From: an uncultured Acidobacteriota bacterium | GTDB lineage: Bacteria > Acidobacteriota > Terriglobia > Acidiferrales > UBA7541 | Assembly: GCA_963842425.1 (NCBI GenBank) | Contig: CAWJGQ010000007.1 | Span: forward strand, 370,486 to 434,485 | DNA: 64,000 nucleotides | Direction: 5' to 3' | Shown here: positions 50,324 through 60,675 of the stretch, one piece after another | Layout of the letters: each line of letters opens with the position of its first letter | Numbering within the stretch: position 1 is the stretch's first letter | Made by a program: the position numbers and the translations under genes | Notes under the pieces: model-generated | Told to the model about the DNA's origin: nothing | The model's input: only the letters and a program-made list of their open reading frames with translations | Database searches by the model: none

Positions 50324-51508
50324 ATGCAGACCACGGTTATCCATGCCGGCAGGATTCTGACGCCCGACGAAGAGTTCAACGACTCGATCATCGTTGTGGA
50401 AGGCAGCCGCATCGCCGCGATCGGACATCGCGACGAAATCCGCGTGCCTGCCGACGCCGTGGATTACGTCGCCGCAGAAATGACGGTCGTGCCCGGATTT
50501 GTGGACGTGCATATTCATGGCGCAGGCGGCCACGACGTGATGGAAGGCACCGCTCGTGCGCTCGACCGCATTGCCGCAACCGTGGCGCGCCACGGCACCA
50601 CGTCGCTCGTCGCCACCACCGTCACCGCGCCAATCGAGGAGACCTGCCACAGCCTGGAAGGCATTGCGCGCTACATTCACAATCACGAGGAGCTGAAAGA
50701 GCCGCAGGAGAATGGCAAGCTCGCGGCCGAATTCGTCGGCATTCATCTCGAGGGACCATTCATCAGCAAGGCGCGCCGCGGAGTGCATCCGCCGGATTCC
50801 ATCGCCCGGCCGTCGGTCGAAGTGCTCCAGAAGTTTCTCGACGCCGCGGATGGACTCGTGAAAATTGTCACCATCGCGCCGGAAATTCCGGGCGCGTGCG
50901 AGCTGATTCAATATGCCGCCGCGGCCAAAATTGTCGCCGCCATCGGCCATACCGACGCGGACTACGATCAAGCGCGCGCTGCGATTCAGGCCGGAGCGCG
51001 CCACGCCGTTCATATGTTCAACGCCATGCGGCCCTTCGCTCATCGCGATCCCGGTGTCGTGGGCGCCATCCTCACCGATCCCGAAGTAACGGCCGAGATC
51101 ATCGCCGATGGCGTGCATGTCGCTGGCCCCACAATTCAGGTCCTGCTCGGCTGCAAGGGATTCGATACGGTGCTCCTCGTGAGCGACGGCATCGCCGCCA
51201 CGGGTATGCCGGACGGAAATTATCGCCTCGGAAATTTCGAGGTCACGGTCAGGGACGGAGTCGCGCGAAATTCGGAGGGAAAGCTGGCCGGCAGCACGCT
51301 GACCCTTGATCGGGCTCTGCGCTATCTGGTTGCGCTCGGCGTGCCGCTGAAGGATGCGGTGCGTATGGCAACCGTGCTCCCGGCCCGACGGCTCGGGCTG
51401 GCGGGCAAGAAGGGAATTATCGCCGTCGGCGCGGACGCCGATCTCGTCGCGCTGACGCCCGACCTTCGCGTCGCCGGTGTAATGACCCGCGGCATGGGTC
51501 TCGTCTAG
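50324..51508 (+). CDS. nagA: N-acetylglucosamine-6-phosphate deacetylase
   Basis: 394 aa. PGFVDVHIHGAGG, ...HLEGPF..., ...GHTDA..., ...HMFNAM... are amidohydrolase/NagA motifs. Confidence 0.9.
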   Translation: MQTTVIHAGRILTPDEEFNDSIIVVEGSRIAAIGHRDEIRVPADAVDYVAAEMTVVPGFVDVHIHGAGGHDVMEGTARALDRIAATVARHGTTSLVATTVTAPIEETCHSLEGIARYIHNHEELKEPQENGKLAAEFVGIHLEGPFISKARRGVHPPDSIARPSVEVLQKFLDAADGLVKIVTIAPEIPGACELIQYAAAAKIVAAIGHTDADYDQARAAIQAGARHAVHMFNAMRPFAHRDPGVVGAILTDPEVTAEIIADGVHVAGPTIQVLLGCKGFDTVLLVSDGIAATGMPDGNYRLGNFEVTVRDGVARNSEGKLAGSTLTLDRALRYLVALGVPLKDAVRMATVLPARRLGLAGKKGIIAVGADADLVALTPDLRVAGVMTRGMGLV

Positions 51509-51792
51509 CTCTTCGATTGGGGATTCAGCGGGATCTTCAATTCGTCGGCAAGCTTATACGGATCAAACGGACTGCACGCAAAAAAGCGGCCATCGAGTTC
51601 GAGGGTAGGCACCTTGCGGCGGCCGTCGTTTACGCGCAGGACAAGCTCCTCCGCGCCCGGCGTGTCGTCAATATTCACCTCGCGGAACGCAATGCCGCGC
51701 TCGCGCAAAAACTGCTTCGCGCGGCGGCAATCGCAACACCACTTGGTGCAGTACATCGTAACTTCAGCCATTTCCGTCTTTCCAAGCGTCAT
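51505..51792 (-). CDS. Glutaredoxin-family (NrdH/mycoredoxin-like) protein
   Basis: VTMYCTKWCCDCRRAKQFL..GI.F.EVNID...VPTL fits a thioredoxin-fold glutaredoxin-like protein with a CxxC-type motif (CCDC). Confidence 0.75.
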   Translation of the reverse strand: MTLGKTEMAEVTMYCTKWCCDCRRAKQFLRERGIAFREVNIDDTPGAEELVLRVNDGRRKVPTLELDGRFFACSPFDPYKLADELKIPLNPQSKS

Positions 51793-51906
51793 GAAAACGA
51801 GAGGGAAGCTAGCTCAATCTTGCCATTTATTAGATGTGGAGGGAAGTACCGGGATTCGATGCGGAGTAACCAGAAGTGGACATCCTCGTAACGCGCCGCA
51901 GCCATG

Positions 51907-52350
51907 CTAGTGTTGCCCGCCACCGGCCGCTGCACCGGTACGAGCCGCAGCCTGCATGCGTATCAGCGCGCGGTCCAGCGCAAGTTTTTCGCGCTGCCAT
52001 TCTTCGCTGCCCACGCCCGCTTTCGCCAGCTCGGCCTGTGCGCGATTTTGCGCCGCGCGGCTGCGCTCCACGTCAATGTCTTCGGCCTTCTCGGAAATTT
52101 CAGCGAGCACGATCACGCGGTCCGGCAGCACTTCGGCGTAACCGTTAATGACGGTGAGGAAGTGGTTCTCTGTGCCCTCGCGATACGCCAGGATTCCCAC
52201 GCCGAGTTCCGTGATCAGCGGAGCGTGCCCCGGCAGAACGCCGAGGTAGCCTTCCTTGCCGGGTATTTCGACCGACTGAACGGTCGCCTGCAGGACGTGC
52301 CGCTCCGGCGTCACGATTTGCAGTTCGATCGCTTCGGGTAACGTGGCCAT
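51907..52350 (-). CDS. atpC: F0F1 ATP synthase subunit epsilon
   Basis: 147 aa. LQIVTPE... beta-sandwich plus helical hairpin. Last gene after atpD. Confidence 0.9.
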   Translation of the reverse strand: MATLPEAIELQIVTPERHVLQATVQSVEIPGKEGYLGVLPGHAPLITELGVGILAYREGTENHFLTVINGYAEVLPDRVIVLAEISEKAEDIDVERSRAAQNRAQAELAKAGVGSEEWQREKLALDRALIRMQAAARTGAAAGGGQH

Positions 52351-52382
52351 GGTTTCGATTCGTTTCGGCGCGCGCCTGAAGG

Positions 52383-53864
<1,482 letters not shown>

Positions 53865-54797
53865 TTACGATTTCGCGGAGGCCGCCCCGCTTACGATTTC
53901 GATCAGTTCCTTCGTGATGCTCGCCTGGCGAATCTTGTTCATATCGAGCGTGAGCGATTCGATCAGATCCGAGGCGTTCCGCGTGGCGGAGTCCATCGCG
54001 GTCATTCGCGCAGCGTGCTCCGCCGCCGCCGATTCCAGCAGGATCCGGAAGACTTCCGCTTCCAGATAGCGTGGCACCAGACCGCCGAAAATCTCCTCAA
54101 CGGGTTCTTCGTAAATGTAGTCCACCAATTGCGCTTTGCCGCTGGCGGATAAATCATGGGGAAGCGCAGATTCTTCCGCTGCGGACAGTCCGGTTTTTTC
54201 CGCCGATTCTTCGTTCAGGATGCCGGGATCGATTGGCAGGAGCTTTGCCGTCCTCAGCTTCTGCACCATCACGTTCTTGAATTCGTTGTACACCGCGTAC
54301 ACGGCGTCCACTTCGCGAGCGGCGTACATTTCGGCGATCTTTCCCGCGATTTCCTTCGCGATGGAAAAATCGACCTTGCTCGACACATTTAGATACTCGC
54401 CCGCGATCGACCAGCCGCGCTTGCGCAACTGGTCCCGGCCCTTCTTGCCAATGGCAAGTACTTGCGACTTCTTGTTCGAATTTTCATGAATAAACAGGAT
54501 CGCGCGGCGAATCACGTTCGTGTTGAACGCCCCGGCAAGGCTGCGGTCGCCCGTCAGTACAACGACAAGAATTCTTTCTTCGGTACGCCGCTCAAGTAGG
54601 GGATGTGCTGCGGATTCCATGCGCGCCGCAGCCGAGCGCATCACGCGCAAAATCTCGCCGGCGTAGGGTCGCGCCGCAAACACACCTTCCTGCGCCCGAC
54701 GCAACTTCGCGGCGGAAATAAACTTCATCGCGCGGGTGATCTGCTGCGTGCTCTTCACCGAGCGGATGCGGCGCCGATAATCGAGAAGTGTGGGCAT
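53865..54797 (-). CDS. atpG: F0F1 ATP synthase subunit gamma
   Basis: MPTLLDYRRRIRSVKSTQQITRAMKFISAAKLRRAQ N-terminus and C-terminal ITKELIEIVSGA. Confidence 0.95.
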   Translation of the reverse strand: MPTLLDYRRRIRSVKSTQQITRAMKFISAAKLRRAQEGVFAARPYAGEILRVMRSAAARMESAAHPLLERRTEERILVVVLTGDRSLAGAFNTNVIRRAILFIHENSNKKSQVLAIGKKGRDQLRKRGWSIAGEYLNVSSKVDFSIAKEIAGKIAEMYAAREVDAVYAVYNEFKNVMVQKLRTAKLLPIDPGILNEESAEKTGLSAAEESALPHDLSASGKAQLVDYIYEEPVEEIFGGLVPRYLEAEVFRILLESAAAEHAARMTAMDSATRNASDLIESLTLDMNKIRQASITKELIEIVSGAASAKS

Positions 54798-54816
54798 GAA
54801 AGAAACTTAGCCGGCT

Positions 54817-56358
54817 TTAATCGGCCGCGGCAGCTGCTCCCACGGTCTGCAGGAACCGCTCCTTGAACGCATCGAGCGCGGTCTTCATTTCCGCTCGCAA
54901 TGCATCGTCGAGAGCCTTTTTCTCGCGGATGTTTTTCAGAACGCCGCCGTAGTTTGCTTCGATAAATGGATAGAGCTCGCGTTCGAATCGCCCGCACTCG
55001 GAAACTGCAATATCGTCCAGGTACTTGTTGGCGCTGGCGAAAATCAGCAGGACTTGCTTTTCCACGGGCAGCGGCTGGTATTGATCTTGTTTCAGGATTT
55101 CCATCAGGCGCTGTCCACGAGCCAGCTGCGCTTGCGTGGTCTTGTCCAGCTGATCGGTGCCGAACTGCGCGAATGCCGCGAGGTCGCGATACTGCGCCAT
55201 ATCCAGCCGCAGTGTTCCCGCCACCTGGCGCATGGCCTTGATTTGCGCGTTGCCGCCCACGCGGCTCACGGAAATGCCCGCGTTGATCGCGGGGCGAATG
55301 CCGGCGTTGAAAAGATCCGCTTCCAGGTAGATCTGGCCGTCGGTAATCGAAATGACGTTGGTCGGAATGTACGCGGATACGTCGCCGGCCTGCGTTTCGA
55401 TCACGGGCAGCGCGGTCAGCGAACCCGCGCCCAGCTTGTCGTTCAATTTCGCCGCGCGTTCCAGCAGGCGCGAGTGGAGGAAGAATACGTCTCCCGGGAA
55501 AGCTTCGCGGCCGGGCGGACGCCGCAAGAGAAGCGAAATTTCGCGGTAGGACTGCGCGTGCTTCGAAAGATCGTCGTAGAAGCAGATCGCGTGGCGCTTG
55601 CTATCGCGGAAATATTCGCCCATGGCGGCTGCGGCAAAGGGTGCGATGTATTGCATTGTTGCGGGTTCGCTGGCCGTTGCGGCGACCACGATGCTGTACT
55701 CCATCGCGCCGTAATCCGTCAGCGTCTTCACCACCTGCGCGACCGTCGAGCGTTTCTGCCCGATCGCGCAGTAGATGCAAATCATGTCCCCGCCCTTTTG
55801 ATTCAAAATCGTATCGAGGATGATGGCGGTCTTTCCGGTCTGGCGATCGCCGATAATTAATTCGCGCTGCCCGCGCCCGATGGGAATCATCGAATCAATG
55901 GCCTTGATGCCCGTTTGCACCGGCTCGCGCACCGGCTGCCGATCCACCACGCCCGGGGCAATGCGCTCAAGCGGATTGCGTTGATCCGTCTGCACCGGGC
56001 CCTTGCCGTCGAGCGGCTGCCCGAGAGGATCCACCACGCGGCCGATCATTCCCTCGCCCACCGGCACGGACATAATTCTGTTCGTGCGCTTCACTGTGTC
56101 GCCTTCGCGGATTTGCGTGTAGTCGCCGAGCAGCACCGTGCCGACCTGATCTTCTTCCAGGTTCAGCGCGATGCCGAATACGCCGTGCGGGAATTCCAGC
56201 ATTTCGCCGGACATGCAGCGGTCCAGGCCGTGAACGCGCGCGATGCCGTCGCCGACGGAAATCACCGAGCCGACTTCCTCCACCGCGACCGTCTGCTGAT
56301 AGTTCTCGATCTGCTCGCGCAGTATTTTTGTGATCTCGTCTGCCTTGATGTTCGCCAT
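54817..56358 (-). CDS. atpA: F0F1 ATP synthase subunit alpha
   Basis: [10 protein letters not shown] Walker A, 513 aa, conserved throughout. Confidence 0.97.
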   Translation of the reverse strand: MANIKADEITKILREQIENYQQTVAVEEVGSVISVGDGIARVHGLDRCMSGEMLEFPHGVFGIALNLEEDQVGTVLLGDYTQIREGDTVKRTNRIMSVPVGEGMIGRVVDPLGQPLDGKGPVQTDQRNPLERIAPGVVDRQPVREPVQTGIKAIDSMIPIGRGQRELIIGDRQTGKTAIILDTILNQKGGDMICIYCAIGQKRSTVAQVVKTLTDYGAMEYSIVVAATASEPATMQYIAPFAAAAMGEYFRDSKRHAICFYDDLSKHAQSYREISLLLRRPPGREAFPGDVFFLHSRLLERAAKLNDKLGAGSLTALPVIETQAGDVSAYIPTNVISITDGQIYLEADLFNAGIRPAINAGISVSRVGGNAQIKAMRQVAGTLRLDMAQYRDLAAFAQFGTDQLDKTTQAQLARGQRLMEILKQDQYQPLPVEKQVLLIFASANKYLDDIAVSECGRFERELYPFIEANYGGVLKNIREKKALDDALRAEMKTALDAFKERFLQTVGAAAAAD

Positions 56359-56367
56359 CCGTGGCTC

Positions 56368-56907
56368 CTATTCCGCTTCCAGCTGCTCGCGCAGCCGGGT
56401 CAATTGCTCGCGCACCGAACCGTCATAGACGGTTGAGCCGACGCGCACGACGGCGCCGCCCACGAGCGACTTGTCCTCGTGGAAACGCGCTTCGATCTTT
56501 TTCCCGCTTCGCTTTTCGAGTGCCGCGGTCAATAGCTTTCGTTCCTCGGCGCTCAATTCGCGCGACGAAGTCACATCGGCTTCAGCGATGCCCAGCCGGG
56601 AATTCAATTCCACGTGGAACGCCTGCTGAATCTCACCCAGCATGTCCGTGCGGCGATTGTCCACCAGCACGCAGATGAAATTGCGCACCGGCGGCGTCAG
56701 GTCCATGAGCGCGGCAATCTTCTGGACAACATGCAGTTTCGCTTCGTGGCCTACCGCGGGACTTTCGAGCGAATTTCGCAGGTCGGCCGAGGAATCGTAT
56801 GCCGCCAGGAAAGCGGCGAGGTCGCGCTTCACGCGGTCCGCGCTCTTTTTTTCCAGCGCCACATCCGCCAGCGCCGCTGCGTACCGTGCCGAAACCGCGC
56901 CGTTCAA
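56368..56907 (-). CDS. atpH: F0F1 ATP synthase subunit delta
   Basis: 179 aa. OSCP-like (ARYAAALADVA...), positioned between b and alpha. Confidence 0.88.
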   Translation of the reverse strand: MNGAVSARYAAALADVALEKKSADRVKRDLAAFLAAYDSSADLRNSLESPAVGHEAKLHVVQKIAALMDLTPPVRNFICVLVDNRRTDMLGEIQQAFHVELNSRLGIAEADVTSSRELSAEERKLLTAALEKRSGKKIEARFHEDKSLVGGAVVRVGSTVYDGSVREQLTRLREQLEAE

Positions 56908-57491
56908 TTCGCGCCCCCTGCCAGCTCCGCGACGAACTTGCTGAAGCGCGTGCTTTCCACTTTCGGCGTCAGCTCCTGCCGCAGCAGGGCTTCCGCTCGC
57001 TCGATGGCCATTCGCGCGGCCAGCGTCTTCAATTCCAGCCGGGCGGCGCGCTCCGTAGCGGCGATTTCCGCTTGCGCGGCCCGCTCGATTGTGTCCGCTT
57101 CGGTCCGTGCTAATCCGCGAACGCGCTCAGATTCCAGCGCCGCCGCCCGCTTCGCCTCCAGACGCATTTCAGCGACGTCCGTGCCGATGTTCGCGAGCTT
57201 GGCCTGCGCCTCGCTGCGCCGCTTTTCCGCGGCTTCGCGTGCCCGCGCGCCTTCGGCAATCTTCTGCGAGATTTCTTCCGCATGCGTCCGGAAAGCGGGG
57301 AGCGCCTTGCGGAAGCCATAAACCAGCAAGCCGAGAACGATGGCAAAATTGATCCAGCGGAATACCTGTCCAATGGGAGCGTCGGCTGGTGATTGTTTCG
57401 CTTCCTCCGCGAACGCAGGCGCGGCCGCGACCAGGAATAGCATGCCGAAACGCGCGAAGGATGGCACTAAATTCCGTACGCTGCGCGTCAT
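56904..57491 (-). CDS. atpF: F0F1 ATP synthase subunit b
   Basis: One TM helix then a long Ala/Glu/Arg-rich helix. Overlaps delta by 4 nt. Confidence 0.8.
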   Translation of the reverse strand: MTRSVRNLVPSFARFGMLFLVAAAPAFAEEAKQSPADAPIGQVFRWINFAIVLGLLVYGFRKALPAFRTHAEEISQKIAEGARAREAAEKRRSEAQAKLANIGTDVAEMRLEAKRAAALESERVRGLARTEADTIERAAQAEIAATERAARLELKTLAARMAIERAEALLRQELTPKVESTRFSKFVAELAGGAN

Positions 57492-57967
57492 CTTGCCGAA
57501 CCTCTGCCTGAACCGCCGCGCAACGACGAAGGTTTGTCGAGTATGGCGCGGGCGATCTGCGCGGCCAGAGCGGGTGTTTCGCTTTCCACCTGCGCCCGGG
57601 CCGCAGCGAGCTCTGCCGCAATTCTCTTCTTGGCGGCGTTCACATCTTCCGTCGCCCGCGCGCGCATGGCCTTCAGCAGCTTGGTGCGATTGTCGTTGGC
57701 TTCCTGCCGCGCCAGTTCCTGCTCGGCATAAATTTCCGCGCGAGCCTTGCGCAGTGCGTCATGGTAGGTATCCAGCTCCTGCTTCGCGCCGGCTTCGGCC
57801 GCGGCGGCTTCCGCTCGTGCCCCTTCGATGCGGGCGTTGCGCTCCGCCATGGCCTTCTGAATCGGCCCGAAGAACGCCCAGCGCATGAAGTAATAGAAAA
57901 GCAGGACGACGATGACTGTCGGCAGAGCACCGAGGAACAGTTTGCCGAGCTGGTGTGCGATTTCCAT
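57488..57967 (-). CDS. F0F1 ATP synthase subunit b' (second b-type stalk subunit)
   Basis: Start set to ATG 57967 (MEIAHQLGKLFLGALPTVIVVLLFYYF...). Same TM plus long-helix architecture. Overlaps atpF by 4 nt. Confidence 0.75.
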   Translation of the reverse strand: MEIAHQLGKLFLGALPTVIVVLLFYYFMRWAFFGPIQKAMAERNARIEGARAEAAAAEAGAKQELDTYHDALRKARAEIYAEQELARQEANDNRTKLLKAMRARATEDVNAAKKRIAAELAAARAQVESETPALAAQIARAILDKPSSLRGGSGRGSAR

Positions 57968-58082
57968 TGAGAAGGAAAGGTACTGCGGCCAATCTCCTGG
58001 TTGTTGTTTGCGATTTCCGGCGTGCTGTCCGCCGCCACGGCACACGCTTCAACGGACGAACAAAGGCGAGAAATTATCGCAT

Positions 58083-58111
58083 CGGCTCTGCCGCGCGTCA
58101 AATCCTTTGGC
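58083..58111 (-). promoter_or_regulatory. Probable sigma-70-type promoter of the atp (b'-epsilon) operon
   Basis: On the minus strand: TTGACG (58111-58106), a 17-nt spacer, then GATAAT (58088-58083), about 115 nt upstream of the b' start. Confidence 0.45.
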
Positions 58112-58165
58112 TGATTGAAAGCAAGTCAGTTTGCAAGGTGTGTAGGCAAGGTTTCACTTCCTGAA

Positions 58166-59773
58166 TCAAGGCAAACTGAAGGCTACGAAGCAGTTTCCGG
58201 ATGCCCCGATCACATATTGTTTGCCATCCACTTCATATGTGATGAGATTCGATTCGGCATTGGCTCCGCCGACCGTAAAATCCCATAACAACTTGCCAGT
58301 GGCCGCGTCGAGCGCGAAAAAATTGCCTTCGTTGCTTACGGCGAAGACGAGCCCGCCCGCTGTCGCCAGCGTGTTGGTTTCCGCTGGAGCGAGCAACTTG
58401 TACTCCCACTTCAGCTTGCCCGTCGTTGCTTCCAGCGCGCGAATCGCGCCGGAGACTTCATCTCCGGAAAGGTTGATTCGTCCCCCGCCGCCGAAGCTTG
58501 GAAAATCCACTTTCGGTTCGCCAGCGACGCCGTAGGCGCCGGTTTCGCGCGCCGATACGTAAAAAAGTTTCGTCAAAGGGCTGTACGACGGGCTGTTCCA
58601 GTTCGTGCCGCCGTGGCCATCGGGATAGACCAGTTGCCCCTTCGGCGTCGGCTCCGTATTGGGCAGCATGATCGGACGGCCGTTCTCGTCGAGGCCCTTG
58701 GCCCAGGTTTGCTTCACGAAGGGAACGCCAGCGACGAACTTGCCCGTCACCCGGTCGAGTACGTAATAAAATCCATTGCGATTCGCGAACGCCAGGAGCT
58801 TTCTGGGTTTGCCGTCAATCGGCTCGTCGAATAGCACGGGAACCTGAATCGCATCCCAGTCGTGCGTGTCGTGCGGCGTAAACTGAAAATACCATTTCAT
58901 CTTTCCTGTGTCCGGATCAATGGCCAGCAGGGAATTCGTGTACAGATTGTCGCCCGGACGATCGCTGCCGTTGTAATCGGGGGCGGGATTCCCCGTGCCC
59001 CAGTACAACAGGTTGAGTTCCGGATCGTACGAGCCGCTGCCCCATGTGCCTCCGCCGCCCGTTCCGCTCATATCCTTGCCCCATGTTTCCGAGCCCGGTT
59101 CGCCCGCAGCCGGAATGGTGAAGCATCGCCAGAGGCGTTTTCCTGTTTTCGCATCGTAGGCGTCAATGAAGCCGCGAATGCCAACGTCCCCTCCGGAAAT
59201 TCCCACGATTACCTTTCCATTCAGCACGCGAGGAGCGGCTGTCATCGCGTATCCCTCGCCATTTTCGTCCACGTGAACTTTCCACTTCACGGCGCCGCTT
59301 GTTGCGTCCAGAGCGTACAGGTACGCATCGAGCGTCTCGACGTACACCATATTGTCGAAGACCGCGACTCCGCGATTCGAGCGATGCACGCCAATGGTGT
59401 ACAGCCTTGCGGGGAGTTTAGGCGTCCAGCTCCAGATCTCGGCGCCCAGGCGTGCATCGAGTGCCGTTACCGTGCCCAGCGGCTCGGTGAGGTACATGAT
59501 TCCGTTGACGACAACTGGAGACGATTCCATCGGCTGGACCGGCGGGTTGGGCTGATATATCCAAGCCGCCCTCAGGCTGTGAACGTTCTCGCGGTTGATC
59601 TGCGTAAGCCTTGAAAACCGCTGCGAATTAAAATCGCCGCCGTACATCAGCCAGTTTTGCGGGGTGCTATCGGCGTGCAGCAACTGATCGTAGGTCACGT
59701 CCTGCGCCTGCGATTGCGGCGAAGCCAGGAAGAGAGCAGCTGCAAAGACAAGCGCCCACCGGCAGGTTTTCAT
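58166..59773 (-). CDS. PQQ-dependent dehydrogenase (methanol/ethanol quinoprotein family), secreted
   Basis: Signal peptide, then the typical N-terminus ...YDQLLHADSTPQNWLMYGGDFNSQRFSRLTQIN and eight-bladed propeller W-motif repeats. 535 aa. Confidence 0.85.
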   Translation of the reverse strand: MKTCRWALVFAAALFLASPQSQAQDVTYDQLLHADSTPQNWLMYGGDFNSQRFSRLTQINRENVHSLRAAWIYQPNPPVQPMESSPVVVNGIMYLTEPLGTVTALDARLGAEIWSWTPKLPARLYTIGVHRSNRGVAVFDNMVYVETLDAYLYALDATSGAVKWKVHVDENGEGYAMTAAPRVLNGKVIVGISGGDVGIRGFIDAYDAKTGKRLWRCFTIPAAGEPGSETWGKDMSGTGGGGTWGSGSYDPELNLLYWGTGNPAPDYNGSDRPGDNLYTNSLLAIDPDTGKMKWYFQFTPHDTHDWDAIQVPVLFDEPIDGKPRKLLAFANRNGFYYVLDRVTGKFVAGVPFVKQTWAKGLDENGRPIMLPNTEPTPKGQLVYPDGHGGTNWNSPSYSPLTKLFYVSARETGAYGVAGEPKVDFPSFGGGGRINLSGDEVSGAIRALEATTGKLKWEYKLLAPAETNTLATAGGLVFAVSNEGNFFALDAATGKLLWDFTVGGANAESNLITYEVDGKQYVIGASGNCFVAFSLP

Positions 59774-60645
59774 TGCGCGCCCTTCAGAGTCAGGAGATAA
59801 GCCACGAGATCGTCCAATTGTTCCGCGGTCAGGGTGTCCTTGAAGCTCGGCATGATGCTCTTGCCGGGCTCTTTTTCGAGAGAGCGCAGATCGGGCTTTC
59901 GGAGCCCATGGAATTTCCCGGTCGCATCCTTCAGCGTGATCGTAAACGAGTCCTCGCTCATGCGAATCCCTTCCACTACGTGCCCGTCCTTTTCGACCGC
60001 TCGGTACATCGCATATTCAGTCCAACTGTTGCCCATCATTCCCCCGCCGCCCAACTTGGGCAGATTCGCGGCGGGATCGAGCAGTCTCTGCTTCAGGCCC
60101 GTGGGGCCGCGTGCCGCGCCGATGCGCGTCAAATCGGGTCCGATGCTGCCGCCCTGTCCGGCGACCATATGACACGCGGAACATCCGCTCGACTTGAAGA
60201 GAGCCGCGCCTTTTTGGGGATCGCCGGACGATGTCCCGGAGTCAACGCTGGTGGCCAGCGTGTGAAGGTAAGCCACAATGTTTGCCGCGCCTGCGTCGGT
60301 AGTATTGTAGAACCCCACCATCGCCGTGCCTGGAATTCCTCGCCGGATGATATTTGCCACGGCCGCGTCACCTAGCTCGGCCGGAGCTCCGCGAAGGTCG
60401 GGACCGTCTTCACCTCGCGCATCCACTCCGTGACATGTGGAGCAGTTCGTATCAAACAGATTCTTGCCTTGTGGAATATCAACGGCCGCCGGTGCCCGCG
60501 ATGCCGTCTGAGGCGCGGGTGTGGGCTCGCTTTCCTGGCCCGCGGCCCGTGAAGCGGAGAACAGATTCAAAATCAGAGCGCACGCCGCGAAAACCAGGGC
60601 GGCAAGCCGCAAGCATTTCATTCCACTCACGCAATCCCTCCGCAA
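59770..60645 (-). CDS. Dihaem c-type cytochrome, secreted
   Basis: Two CxxCH motifs (CSTCH, CSACH) after a signal sequence. Overlaps the PQQ dehydrogenase start by 4 nt. Confidence 0.85.
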   Translation of the reverse strand: MRRDCVSGMKCLRLAALVFAACALILNLFSASRAAGQESEPTPAPQTASRAPAAVDIPQGKNLFDTNCSTCHGVDARGEDGPDLRGAPAELGDAAVANIIRRGIPGTAMVGFYNTTDAGAANIVAYLHTLATSVDSGTSSGDPQKGAALFKSSGCSACHMVAGQGGSIGPDLTRIGAARGPTGLKQRLLDPAANLPKLGGGGMMGNSWTEYAMYRAVEKDGHVVEGIRMSEDSFTITLKDATGKFHGLRKPDLRSLEKEPGKSIMPSFKDTLTAEQLDDLVAYLLTLKGAQ

Positions 60646-60675
60646 TGGCCCTTCATCCCAAACATCCTTCGCGTA

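Noticed and set aside
50186-51118. 310-aa minus-strand ORF
   Set aside because: It is antisense to nagA, which has clear amidohydrolase motifs.
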